A stretch of 63,245 bases of DNA, the filler included, from Reticulomyxa filosa (taxonomy: Eukaryota > Protista > Foraminifera): NCBI GenBank assembly GCA_000512085.1. It is 16 parts of 16 records of this genome, joined end to end, with 100 filler letters (N's around TTAATTAATTAA, not from the genome) between each part and the next. Parts side by side here need not be neighbours in the genome. Positions count along the whole stretch, not along the records: positions 33,227 to 42,261 come from ASPP01000017.1; positions 42,362 to 44,127 come from ASPP01000893.1; positions 44,228 to 46,073 come from ASPP01011797.1; positions 46,174 to 56,752 come from ASPP01026614.1; 12 more parts are not named here. One strand, given 5' to 3'. The notes under the pieces were generated by a model. It did not search any database, was not told the origin of the DNA, and was given only the letters and a program-made list of their open reading frames with translations. Shown here piece by piece: positions 36,366 to 49,200 of this stretch (positions within the stretch are counted from its first letter, which is position 1; every line of letters begins with the position of its first letter). The position numbers and the translations under genes were made by a program.

Positions 36366-37400
36366 TAGATAGAATGACTTGTCCCAATTGAAGATAAAAT
36401 ATTTATTATTTGTTTGTTTGTCTTGAGAAAATGATTGGTCTTTTTTGTTTTGATTTTTGTTTAAATTTTATTGTTTGTTTTTTTAATAAAATCATTTATA
36501 TTTGCCGATCTGTTACCAATGTAATTTTTAAAAAACAACAATACGTGATATACTATGACACATTGTAGGATAAAATATGTTTTAAACTCAGCCAAACTAC
36601 ATTCTAAAAACAAAATATTTTAATTAAAAAAAACACTTCCAATTGCTTTTTTTTATCAAATTAATAATAATAACATGATTTTTAAGCAGAAAAAAAAAGT
36701 AACAGACACTTATTGCACTAAGATCCTAAGCGTTCCAGTCAAACGCCCGGCTGAAAGCCAAAATAAGCGTCTATTACGATTTTTTATGTTACTACCATTT
36801 CAGGTAGTTAAAAACCCTATTCTTGTCCTGCTCCCTTGCCTATATAAATTTTCATGCACACTCTTTTTTTTTTTCAAAACTGCTCAGAAAATGTTATCTA
36901 AAGTTGTTATTGCGATACAAAATCAATCACCCAATGTTAACCGAAACTTATTGAAATTCAATGAAATAAAACCTTTCAACACTTTGTCCTTTTTGTTATC
37001 TTCGAAATTTTTCAAAAGTTTGAATCTTTATTCAATTTTTCTTTAGGTGGTAAAAATTCAATGATAAGTATCTTGTAAAAAATATTTTTCTTTTTTCATT
37101 TGCTTTGCTGGAATCAACGATTAACGAATAGTTTCGTCATTAAAAACAAAATATGGGGAAGGAAGAGATTAGTGATGGTTTTGTTTGTGACACAGAAACG
37201 CACATTTTGCAATATTTCATTAACTGCAATAAAATGAACATTACTTAGCGTCGTTTAACTTACGGGATTTTTTTAAAAAATTTTCAAGTAATTGTTAGGC
37301 TTAGCAAGATTTTGTGGTGATTTATGCCCCACTCAAACTTTGAAATCAAAGTTACAGCAAAGTATCACAACATCAAACAAAGAAGACAGATTAAATAATT

Positions 37401-37935
37401 TCAAATCGTCTTTAATTTGTTGATTAAATCTTCAGTTTCATTAGGAAAAGCCACCAAGACTTTGGAAGCACATTTATTAACACATTCTTCATATTCTTTC
37501 TCACTGTTTACATTTTGGCATTCTGTATTACAGTGTTCCAAGCTATTTGTGTTATTTGTGCACACAACAAAGTGATTTCAAATGCTAGCAATTAGGAAAA
37601 AATCAAACAAATTGGAAATTTCTGCATGTTTCTTGGATATTCAAAGTTTAACTCTTTTTGAAAATTGTTCATTACGAGTTGAACTCGTGAATCGGCTTTT
37701 TGCATTTGTGTTTGGCATTTTTTATAGCAAGAGTCAACTTGCTCCATTGATTTCTTTACGTCTGAGCAGTCGGCCATGCATAAAAACGCCTATCAGTTGT
37801 TTTGTTGTTAAACCAGTAAGACGCTGGGGTGTGACACTAAGAGAGACTAACCGTTTTTTGCATTGGTAATATCACTTTGTTTAAAGTTTTTTGAAATTGT
37901 TCTACCGCGTCTTGGATTCTTTTTTGAATATCCAT
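37401..37935 (-). CDS. FAM136A: FAM136A (DUF842) protein, 2 introns
   Basis: Spliced product PMQKT/AFLCMADC..SMEQVDSCYKKC..FQKD/LEHCNTEC..YEECVNKC contains four Cx3C pairs. Confidence 0.85.
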
Positions 37936-38190
37936 GCTTAAATTTAATGAAACTGAAGGGTGGGGACTATGGAATTCTTGAGAAAACTTAGCCGAAAAAA
38001 ACTAAAAAAATGAAAAGTACACCTGTGTTACTGCACTTTGTATCTTTTTTTCAAAAGAATATTAATGTCTTCAGATCCAAACAGATCATTGGCACTTTTG
38101 AACAGTTTGCGGATTGAGTCGAAAATACAAACTACAAAATAAAACAGAAATGACAATATTAACCAAATTGGTATACAAGTGGCGGAGGGT

Positions 38191-41100
38191 TTATTTTGGT
38201 ATACACTCAGGTGCTTCTTTTAGCAATAAAAAATCAAAGACAAAATCAACCCCAGAGGTCAAAGTTATCTCCTTGTTGTCAAGATTGAAAAATAATTTTG
38301 AACCACTTTTGGCGTATTGATCTTTCAGTGTAACATAGTCTAGAGTATAAACGTATAATTGGATGGCTTCTCTCATCTTTTCATTATATTTTTCTAATGA
38401 CCCAGGTTGGAAATAGACTTGAGGTTTGCACAAAAACAAATGGACCGATTGCTTTTCCACCTAGATTCCAGAAACAAACAAAATCAACAGAGATGTATAC
38501 ATAAATCTGTATATATAATTAAACCAACTAAAAATGGATACCTCGACAGTCTCTTCAGCAAGGATACCAGTTGCATTTGCCTTGGCATGTCTGGGGGCAA
38601 TACAAACACGTGTAAGCTTTTTCAATATCGGCCTTGAAATCTTTCAGCGCTTGGGTTAGATCGGAGTGTTGATCATCGACTGAATAATAGACGGTGACAA
38701 GATCTGCTGGAGTGAGACCACCCTTTTTTTCCAAATAAGAGCAACAAGATTATTTAAACAATAACACCAAAAAAAAAAAAAAAAAAAAAAAACCTTTTTG
38801 CGGAGTTTTTGAATGCGATTGGCCACTTCACGTGACAAGCCTTCCAATTCGAGCTCTTTTGAAATGTGTTTGTTTAATAAAACCAAAGCGCCTTTACCAT
38901 TGGCAGCGCCATATTTTTCTTGATCTCCATTAAAATTCCAAACAATGGAAACCATATTGGACTTGACTTCTTCTCCACACAAGCGTGTAGTGCCGGTAAC
39001 GGACAATTCCATCAGCTGTTTGTGCGCAATATTTTTGAGTGCCGCAGTGATCTCTGTTTTTTTCTTTGAAGACAGAGCCCAATTCTTTGTGGTTTGGCTC
39101 CGCGGTCAAAGTGATAAAATCCGCCAATTCATTGGAAAACTTGACATCTTTGCAGTTCAATTCCGCCTTTACGTATTCCGTCAGCTCGTTTACATCTTCC
39201 AGAAATTGCTTGTCTTGATGGACTATGATAGCCTCGATTAATGGGACCTAATTGTTTCATTCGTATACTTTGGATAAGACTTTATTGAAGAGATTTAATA
39301 AAGTCAAATAAATCGCTACACGATATATTTAAAAGGTTGATTTCTTTTTAACTTTTGTCTTTAATCGATTGTTGATGCGTACATTTCTTCCCAGTTCAAT
39401 GACAGTCTGCAAATTCCTTATTTCCTTTCAATGTCTTTGTCAATCACATTTTCCTTCACCGTGGGGATGGGCAAGAAATGTACGGATTTTTCGCAGTCCG
39501 GGCCGAGTGCTGTTCGCAGGTTTAGATACATGGACTCGACGATAAACGGAGTGAGCGGTGCCATCAACTGACACAAATTCAGCAACACGTGATACAATGT
39601 TGACAAGGAGGAGAGCGCATCTTCGTAGGTTTCTTGACCTCGCAATCGCGAGCGGTTCATTCGGACGTACCAATTGCAGAGTTTGTCGATATATCGCAGC
39701 AGTTCAGGCACCACTGTGTACAAGCGATAGCCTTCCATTTCTGTCCGAACAAACGATACCAAAGACTGCAATTCGCTCAAGATCCATCGATCCATTATAT
39801 TCGCGGTTTTGCCATGCGCTGTCCCGTCGTATGAAAACTTTACTCCATTTTCACGTTCAAACCGACTTGCATTTTCAATTAAGAATTTGTAGGCATTCCA
39901 CCAAGGGATCAATATATCTTTAAGAACTGCACCAACACCACTTTCGACAAAGCTATACATAGATGTAATTAATACGTACACATGTACAACATTATATACA
40001 TATATATATATATGTATATATGTACATATATGTATGTATATAATGTTGTATATGTATTATAATGTATATAACTTCAAGTTTTCGGCTCTAACTACTGGGG
40101 AATTACACAAATATATGCGGAGTGCATCAGCGCCATAGTTTTCAAAAATTTTTCCTGGCTCTGGATAGTTTTTCAATCGCTTGCTCATTTTCTTGCCGTC
40201 TTCGGCCAACACCAATCCATTGACAATCAAGTTCTTCCATGCGGGCTGGTCAAAGAGCGCGGTGCTGATAACTAGCAAAGTATAAAACCATCCGCGGGTT
40301 TGGTCAATCCCTTCGGCAATGAAATCGCCAGGAAATCTCTCAGTTTCAAACTGCTTTGGATTTGGAAACGCAAATGGATAATGGCATTGTGCGTAAGGCA
40401 TGGACCCCGATTCGAACCAGCAATCAAACACTTCGTCCACTCGTTTCAGGTCTTTTCCTGTCTTGCGAGACTTGATGACCAAATGGTCAATGTATTCTCG
40501 ATGCAAGTCGTGCACCTTGTGTCCACTGCGCTGTTCGAGTTCCGCGACGCTCCCAATCACCTCCCATTCGCTGCCATCGTCACTGATCCAAATGGGCAAC
40601 GGCGTGCCCCAGTAGCGATTGCGCGAAACAGCCCAATCGCGTGCTTGTTCCAGCCAATTTTGAAATCTCTTTACTTTCACATGTTCAGGCACCCTTGATA
40701 TCACAACATTTTTTTTTTTTTTTTTTTTTTTTTTGGTATAAGGATATACATATATGTATATATGCGTGTGTGTTGTATATACAAAGTATATACAAAGTAT
40801 ATACAAAGTAATTCATACCAAGTTGTTTTTGCGTTGTTCTTCAACAACTGGTCTTTGATTTGTGTGACCTGAATAAACCAACTTGGAATGGCTTTGTACA
40901 GCAACGGGGTCTCACTTCTCCAACACATAGGATACTCGTGAACGATAGTCGATTGCGACCACAACCGGCCCTTGGCCTTAATGTCCTTGATTATCTCCTT
41001 ATTCGCATCCAACACATATGTCCCCGCATAGTCTGCCACTTCCGCGGTAAATTTGCCCGCGTGATCCACTGGACAAGGCACTTCCTCGCCTTTTTCGTAT

Positions 41101-42173
41101 ATGCCATGCTCTTCACATACTCGAAAGTCATCTTCGCCAAATCCAGGGGCCTGATGCACCACCGCTGTACCCTCCGTCGCTCCGACAAAGTCATCACATA
41201 GCACGCGGAAGTTATTCTTACGCTGTCATTCAAATATGTACGTGTACATATATGTATATAGTTTAATGAACATCAGTAGCACACACACACACATACATAT
41301 AAAAATGAAGATTACTCACATGACTGAAGCAATTAAAAATTGGAATGTATTTCAAACCCACCAATTTTTCACCTTTTATCTCTTCAACAACTTTTAATGT
41401 CACATTTTTCAATCCTTTTTTCACCATTGGCAAGGTGTCTTTCCCACAAATGTAAAATTTCCCATCTGCTGAAGCTATCATTGTACATTTAAATACATTA
41501 ATAATAAATAATGACATATATATATATAGTTGCACTTGTGCATGTGTAATACAACGACAACAAGCAAAAAAAAAAAAAAAAAAAATAGAAACAGCTACAT
41601 AACATTGCACTTTGACATAAGTAAGATGCTTATTGACACACAAGGCTAAGTTGCTGGGCAAAGTCCAAGGGGTCGTAGTCCATGCCAAAAAGCACGTGTT
41701 CTGATCATTCGCCAAGGGGAACGTGACAATGATGGCAGGATCTTGTCGGGATTGGTAATTGGATTTGGCTTCAAAATTGGACAAAGGAGTGTTCAATGCA
41801 GTGGAATATGGCATTACCTTTTTCAAGTATTTATTATCATTTGTTATTATTATTATTATTAATTCCCAGCCAAGAACAAACTAAAACAATGGAACAAAGA
41901 ATTAAAAAAAGGTAAGAATCGAGTCCAAACTTTGTAACCTCGATAAACGAGGCCTTTATTGTACATTTCTTTGAAAACCCACCAAACACTTTCCATATAG
42001 GTTTTGTCAAGGGTTTTGTAATCCTTTTTGAAATCAATCCAACGTCCCATTCGCTCCACCGTCTTTTCCCAATCGTCTGCACATCTCATCACAATTTTCG
42101 ACATTCGTCGTTGTATTGTTTTATCCCCATCTTCATCACATCTTCTCGACTCTGTCGACAGCGACATACACAC
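38191..42173 (-). CDS. IARS1: Cytosolic isoleucyl-tRNA synthetase (5' partial, many introns)
   Basis: [72 protein letters not shown] and NWYVRMNR. Confidence 0.96.
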
Positions 42174-42220
42174 AATTTTTTTTTTTTTTTTTTCATATAA
42201 AAAATTTTTTAAAAACCGGA

Positions 42221-42261
<41 letters not shown>

Positions 42262-42361
42262 NNNNNNNNNNNNNNNNNNNNNNNNNNNNNNNNNNNNNNN
42301 NNNNNTTAATTAATTAANNNNNNNNNNNNNNNNNNNNNNNNNNNNNNNNNNNNNNNNNNNN

Positions 42362-44127
42362 ACGTGTTTGTGAAATGAGATGCCTAGCCTCGATGAGGGG
42401 AAGTATTTTGGCATTTCTGCCACTCACTTTCGCGCAGGCATTTGACTTTTAGGGGGATTTAATTCGCACTCAAGATAACTACAAAAGATACAATCAAGAA
42501 GCAGCTGCCTTGAGAAGGAAATTGAGACTAGAAAAGCAGGAGTACATGATTAAAAATATAGAGTCAATGAAAGAAGGAAATTCGAAGCACCTCTTTTCCC
42601 AATTTAGAAGGATGAGCACGAATATCATCCCAGCTCTGATCTACCCTGATAACAACGAATAGCTAAAACAGATTTGAATAAAGCAGAGTTATTGGTATCA
42701 TGGTTCGCAGCCTCCAAGCCACGCAAATAAATTTTATCAGCTCGTTGAAGATGAAATTTCCTCTATTGTGGAAATGTCAAGAGAATATGAACTCAATATG
42801 CATTCTCCATTCGATCTGCAATTACGGAAGAAGAACAAAAATGGGCTCTTCCCTGTGGAATGGTCAGGGGGAATTACAGGAGCAATGCTCAACCGAATCC
42901 TCTGAGCCTTGTTTTCGAAGTTTGAAGTCTCAGTGAAATATTGAGCTTCAATTCACATCTTTTAACAAATTAAAGCAAACTAAAAAAATAAAATTTAAGC
43001 ACTTATTATTAAAGAAAAGCATGTGAATGTTTATAATCGACTGTTCATTTTGGGTGTTTTTATCTTGTATATATCTGATCTCGCGCAAAATCGCAATATC
43101 AGATATCTAAGTTTTCAACTGTAAAAAAAAATTTTCTAGTTAAAAAAAAATTTTTTTTTAGTAGTTTGAAATTATTTTCTTTGTATCTTTGTCTTTGTTT
43201 ACAATCTTGCTGACGACGAAAATCGTGTTAATAATCGAAGATTAACTTCGAACTTCTTTCAGATGTTGTTCTGTGCTTGCCTTCCTTCAAAATACAACTT
43301 TTTTTCAAAATTTTATCTCGATGATGGATTATTTTTTTTTGTTTCTAAATGAACATCATCTCTTGCACCAGTTTCAAGCGGGATTTCAATCGTGGCATAA
43401 TACATCCGAATTACTTTTGCGATTAACAGAATCAATTTATGCTTCTTTTGACGAGAACTCAGTCACATATGCAGTGTTGCTGGACATTTCTTCGGCATAC
43501 GATAGTGTGTGGAGAGACGAGAATTCAACACCAATGGTTGCTCGATAGTTTTCTGAAAGAGAAAGTCAGTTAGTATTGAACGGAGCTCAACTAAGAGGTA
43601 ATTCGAGACTGGAGTTCCACAGGGATCATCACTATCACCTCTTTTATTCTTGCTATACATCAATGATATAACCCAAGTGATTCAGAGTCCAATACATGTG
43701 GAATGTTCGCCGATGATGTCACATTGTAGACTTCCATCTTCACGGGCAATGAGAATGAAATGGAGGTACAGTTGGAGTCATTACAGACAACAAAGTTAAG
43801 TATCCGAAGATGGAACTATATCTCAATCACTCTAAAATAAAAGTGAATGATCATGTCAAATACTTAGGACTCATCATCAACTACGGAAAAGCAGCCAGGA
43901 AACTTGGATATCTATCATTCCTGTGCTCCGTCCCAGCTTGGCAGCGTACAACATGCTTTATAAATCAATCATTCGACCAACAATGGAATATGCTTGCGCT
44001 TTCTGGAATGGAGCCGCAGAATGTCACAGGCATCGACTCGAAAGAATACAGCGAATAGCGATGCAAGATACTCGGACTAGCTCTGCATATGATACTGTGA
44101 ATATCATATCACAGACTCCCCTGTTGG
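42362..44127 (+). mobile_element. Decayed non-LTR retrotransposon (LINE-type APE-RT ORF2)
   Basis: GDFNSH-like endonuclease remnant, QAGFQ, LDISSAYDSVW, GVPQGSSLSPLLFLLYINDI, FADD, KYLG and YKSIIRPTMEYA. Many stops and frameshifts. Confidence 0.9.
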
Positions 44128-44257
44128 NNNNNNNNNNNNNNNNNNNNNNNNNNNNNNNNNNNNNNNNNNNNTTAATTAATTAANNNNNNNNNNNNNNNNN
44201 NNNNNNNNNNNNNNNNNNNNNNNNNNNTTTTTTTTTTTTTTTTTTTTTTGAAATTAG

Positions 44258-44833
44258 ATGTGGAGGTCCTTTTGGAAAACAATGGATCCATCACGAACAG
44301 GAATACCGTTTGGTGCGAATGACCCCAGACTAATTCACATCGGGAGGGCTTCAACCAACACAGAGGCCGAGTATGTGGACAATGATCAGTTGCCAGATGA
44401 GTACGTTGAATCTCCTCAAAAAAGAGACTTGCTTCGGTTGGCTCGTGAAACTTTCAATTTGGTCACCATCATTGACTCCAAATTTGTTCCTCTGGAAGAG
44501 GCCAAAACTCCGTCTTTGTCGCTTTCGCAGCAACAAATTGAGGGCTCTTGCCCACAAATATTGTTATCTTCTATGCTTGAATTTGGTTATGAACACCCCT
44601 CTGCTAAACCTATCGACTCCAAAGCTCCTTCGGAAAGTAAGTCCAAATTGGAGACGGTCGCTATTGTGGATAGCCCAATTGAAACTCCGGCTAAATCTCC
44701 TCGCAGCAAAAAAAAATATACTCGTTCAAAAGACATTCCTCAAAGAAATCGATTAGATGATGTTTTGGAAGATCTCAGTTCAATTATTGAAAATTTTAAG
44801 GATAACAAGAACTCCAGTACCGGCTCAGTGTAG
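44258..44833 (+). CDS. Hypothetical protein, 3' exon
   Basis: A 191-codon GC-richer ORF after an AG acceptor. No family recognised. Confidence 0.5.
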   Translation: MWRSFWKTMDPSRTGIPFGANDPRLIHIGRASTNTEAEYVDNDQLPDEYVESPQKRDLLRLARETFNLVTIIDSKFVPLEEAKTPSLSLSQQQIEGSCPQILLSSMLEFGYEHPSAKPIDSKAPSESKSKLETVAIVDSPIETPAKSPRSKKKYTRSKDIPQRNRLDDVLEDLSSIIENFKDNKNSSTGSV

Positions 44834-45523
44834 CGTAAATGTTTAATGACCATGTCCACTGCTAGTCTGTGTTTTCACAATGAAAATCCACTATTTGATC
44901 TTGTCTTTCACTTTTACGACTTTATTTCATATTAAGAAAACGTTTTATCCTGTTATTAATGATGAAAAAGGGACTTACAAAAAACGGAACGTATTGTCTT
45001 TCTTTTTTTTTTTTACGTAGTGGCACAAAGATCTCGCCACAAAGGATAGCTCAACCAAAAAATATAAATAAATTTATAAAATTTGTCAAAAGGACAAACG
45101 ATAACACCAAGTTGAACACTTTTTTTTTAGATCTAGCATAGAATTAATCGACTAATAAAAAATTTATTAAAGCTTTAATGAGAAGCGCACAAAAGTGATT
45201 TTTTTGGGTTATATTTCAACGATTCACAACAAAAAATTTTGTGAATTAACTTATTTTTAGCATTTTCTTTTTGTTTGTCCGTTTATACTTAAAAAGCATT
45301 CTGGACGCTGCAGCGATCAAGAAAACCATAAGTAAATATCTAATTCGAATTGCAGCACCCAATTTACCAAGTGCCACTCATTTATCAGCATTTACATCTT
45401 TTAAAGACGTTGTCACGAATTAAAAAACAAATTTTTTTATTTAATCATGAAAGATAGAGTGCATGCCAACAGTAAAAAAAAGGGAAATCATAATTTTTTC
45501 CCTGAATAAAATTTATTGAAAAG

Positions 45524-46015
45524 ATGACCGAGCATAAAAATGTGAGTGAAGATGAACTAAAAGAAGTGCTTGGAGAAGATTTCATTTCCATCTCTCTCCG
45601 GCCAAGTACTTTGAAGCATAGATTGCAAAGGCTTTCTGCAGTATTGGCAAGAATGAACGGAGAAGAAAGCGAAACGAAAAGAAGCGAGCTGGAACAGCAT
45701 TTGGTTCCGTCACTATTTTCTAAAGAGTTGATGCATCACAAGAGTGGTGAACTCGGATTGGTATTGGCCTGTTGCTACGCCGACTTATGTCGTATATACG
45801 CGCCATCAAGCCCAACGGATAATGAGACAATGATAATCGAAATGTTTAGTTTGATGTGGGAGCAGCTGGAAGGATTGAAACAAACGAACAAAGGGAAGCA
45901 AGAGCAAGAAGATGACATGGACAACAATTACCCATTAGCTTTTCGAATTTTAGAAAGCCTATCTGCCTATTTATCGTTTGTATTATTATTTAATTGCAAG
46001 AAGGGTTTTCAATTG
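45524..46015 (+). CDS. PDS5: Cohesin regulator PDS5, first exon
   Basis: LMHHKSGELGLVLACCYADLCRIYAPSSP..MFSLMWEQLEGL..AFRILESLSAY matches the PDS5 N-terminus. Confidence 0.85.
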
Positions 46016-46173
46016 GTATAAATTACACATATGTGTATCTATATAAGCAAAAGAGAGAGAGAGAGAGAGAGAGNNNNNNNNNNNNNNNNNNNNNNNNNNN
46101 NNNNNNNNNNNNNNNNNTTAATTAATTAANNNNNNNNNNNNNNNNNNNNNNNNNNNNNNNNNNNNNNNNNNNN

Positions 46174-46205
<32 letters not shown>

Positions 46206-49200
46206 GTTATTATTATTATTATTACTACCACTGCTGCTACTACCTCCTGTCTCGATACTACTTGTGGCAACGCCCAGAGCATGTGTGGATTGCCAACGAT
46301 GATGAGGATAGAAGAGATGGGGTGGAGGGGATTGATACTTGGCCATGCCGTCGTCTCGGTCGTTCTTTTTAAGTGACTGCGGCGAGTGATAGGAATAGCC
46401 TTGGATGGAGACGGCATCGGTGAGCACGTAGATGAGATTGAATGCGGGGATGGATTGGAACGTGCAAAGGATGTTTTCTTCGGTTTCGAAGAATGCGAAC
46501 AGCTCGACAATGGCCTGACAATTGGCCACAATGTGTGACCATTTGGACGGATACGTGTGTTTGACGTTGGAGCCAAAGTAGTGCAGACAGCTTTTGTAAA
46601 AGTAACAGCGAAGCAGTGTGGTCATGGTGTTGGACATTAACGGGACCGTGGCACGTCGCAGCGCGGTCAACACGCGAGTGACCATAGTGTACATCTCAAA
46701 TCTCGCTCCGATGACTGCTGCGTCGCATACGTCGTCGAGCGTGGTTGGAAAGGCCTCCAATGCGTCCATGGCCATCAAGGCCAAGTTTTCGATTGACTCG
46801 GGAGACGACTCGATCACAATGTCGACGCTGCCCGAAAAGAACGACACCCAAATTTGGTGGGCTTCGATGCAACGCATTTGCAAAGAAATGGGAGAGTGAT
46901 GAGGAAGAGAAGAAAGGCTGAGAATCGGAGGAGACGATGATGACGACGACGACGACGACGATGATGATGATGATAATGAGGATGCATTGACTTGTTGCAA
47001 ATGTGAAGAGACTCCAAACAATCCCTTTCGATGTTCGATCAGATAAGTCCATGCTGGTTTCATCTGACGTATCAACGCTTCTTGCAATTTCGTGGACGTG
47101 GCCATGAGCCATCGCCACACGAGTGTAGCCACCTCCATCACATGCACGCTCAGTACGACCGCGGGCACCATGCAAAGCAAGTGCAGCAACGTCTCGGATA
47201 AAGGAATGGTAATTGTCTGTCGCGCATGTGACGGATTAGGATGATTGGGGTTCTGATGATGATGATGATGCACGTGCTGAACATGCGCCCATACCATCAA
47301 CGCGCTGGTCTGATATAACTCCTCGATGATCACGTGTTCCAATTGATTCCACTTTTCATACAAAAATGGATTGTTGGTATTGTGATCGGTTTCGATTGGC
47401 GTGGCATTGGTAGGATCTCTTGCCAAAGGTTCATTCAACTCGATAAACAAGCGAATGAAATGACGAAAGTTTTCAATGTGCTTTTCCGCGCGAATGCGAG
47501 TGAATGTCTTTGCGGACAGACCCTGTTGCAAGTGGGCTTTGAATAATCCGTCCATTTTGCCGAGATACTTTTCGAAATGCGAAATGGCAAACATGAGACC
47601 AATGCGACCGTTCCACGCGACGCCAGCATTGGCTTGCTTCTGAAAGTGGAAGGCCATATCCAAATGGGACGTGTTCAGATCCATTGTCATGGTTTTGGAT
47701 TGAATGCCGGCAATGTAATGACTTATCACAGCCATCATATCGGAAGGAGCACGTTTCCAAGCATTGTCAATCCACGAACGTGCAATGAGATCAATGACGC
47801 TATAAATCTCGACACGCGCGCCTCGGTCTTCAGGTAGATCGAGAGAGTGATACTTATTGAAGTGGATATCCTCTTCGATGCAGGGATACAATTCGGTGGG
47901 ATCGTCAATAAAATCACGTAGCTTTTCCATGAGATCCAACACGACACGCAAACAGCGAGGACGCCATTGCAAGTAAGGATAGCGATCGATCAGTTGTTGC
48001 AAATACTCTTTCGCTTTTTTGCGCAATTGCTGACTTCGACTGCAACACATAGCCAATAGAAACTCGACATGTTTTTCCAACACCAATCCCTTTTCACTCG
48101 TCGCTTTGCTCATATCAATTTCTTTCAGAAACAACTCGAACAATGCATCGGTGATGATCTCCACTTGCGTTTGCAAGTTTTCACTGGCAATGCCGGCGTC
48201 ATTCAGATAATGGCATACCGCATAAAATGTCCCATTTTTCACGCGCAGACGCTCCACTTCATACATCATCAACAGGAACAATACCTTTTCCGGCACCAAG
48301 TGCTCAAAGTGATGCGCATTGCTTCGCACCACATTGGACAGTCGCTGTCGGATTTCATTCAGACGCACCGACAGATACGACTGCGGACGATGCTTCAGCA
48401 AGTCGATCAAGTGATTGGTGGGAAACAGCTGCATGCTTCCTGTCACCAATACCGGAGTTACGCTGGCGATCATCAACAGATTGCTTTTCCATTGCTCGTT
48501 TGTTGTCCCAATCAAATCAAAGAACACCACGTCATTCCAAAACTCGCGAAACAAATTCACGCTGTTCAAATGGTCACTCATCAAATTGATACCCCAACCC
48601 AACTTGTCATAGTAATTGTTCACAAAATATTTCGTGCCCGAATTCCAATTCCAATTACTATACTCACTTTTGTTTCTATTCGCATTGTTGTTATTCGTAA
48701 TACTAGTATTCGTCGTATTGCCACTTGCATTCACAGTGATTGCATCAAAGTCTTTCTCTTTCTCGTCCGCCTTTGTCGCCGTAATCACTGGCGTTGTCAC
48801 TGTCGATTTCTTGGATTTTTTACTTCGCATCCAAATCTTTTTCAATTTCAAGTCCGATTCTTTCTCTTCCTTTTTTATGGCGGGATTCATTGCATTTGCA
48901 ATCGCCTTTAATTGATTACCGCCAAGTCGTGAATTACGTCGACTTCCTGGATTAGTCGCATTGTTATTGTTGTTATTGTTGTTGTTATTGTTGTTGTTAT
49001 TATTTTTATTTGTATTGTTATTTGCGTTACCATACCCACTGTTTGGAATAACACTAGCCATGGCAGCATTTGAAGGCTTTGTGCTCAAATTAAGGATAGA
49101 ATGGGCAATGGCAGACTCGCACAAAGAGGCAATGCTCGGCAGCAAGTAGGCTAAGGCGTCGATCAAGGAAATGGAAAATGATGTACTTTGCTGTTCAAAG

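Noticed and set aside
4869-37403. Reassigned stop codon (TGA read as sense)
   Set aside because: Conserved genes end at TGA (DHX16, DeSI, FAM136A) or TAA (GFAT, OGDH), and their conserved exons show no internal stops.
48069-48911. Long antisense ORFs (also 16925-17323, 51063-51661 and 59928-60497)
   Set aside because: They are shadows of real coding sequence or simple repeats and contain no recognisable motifs.
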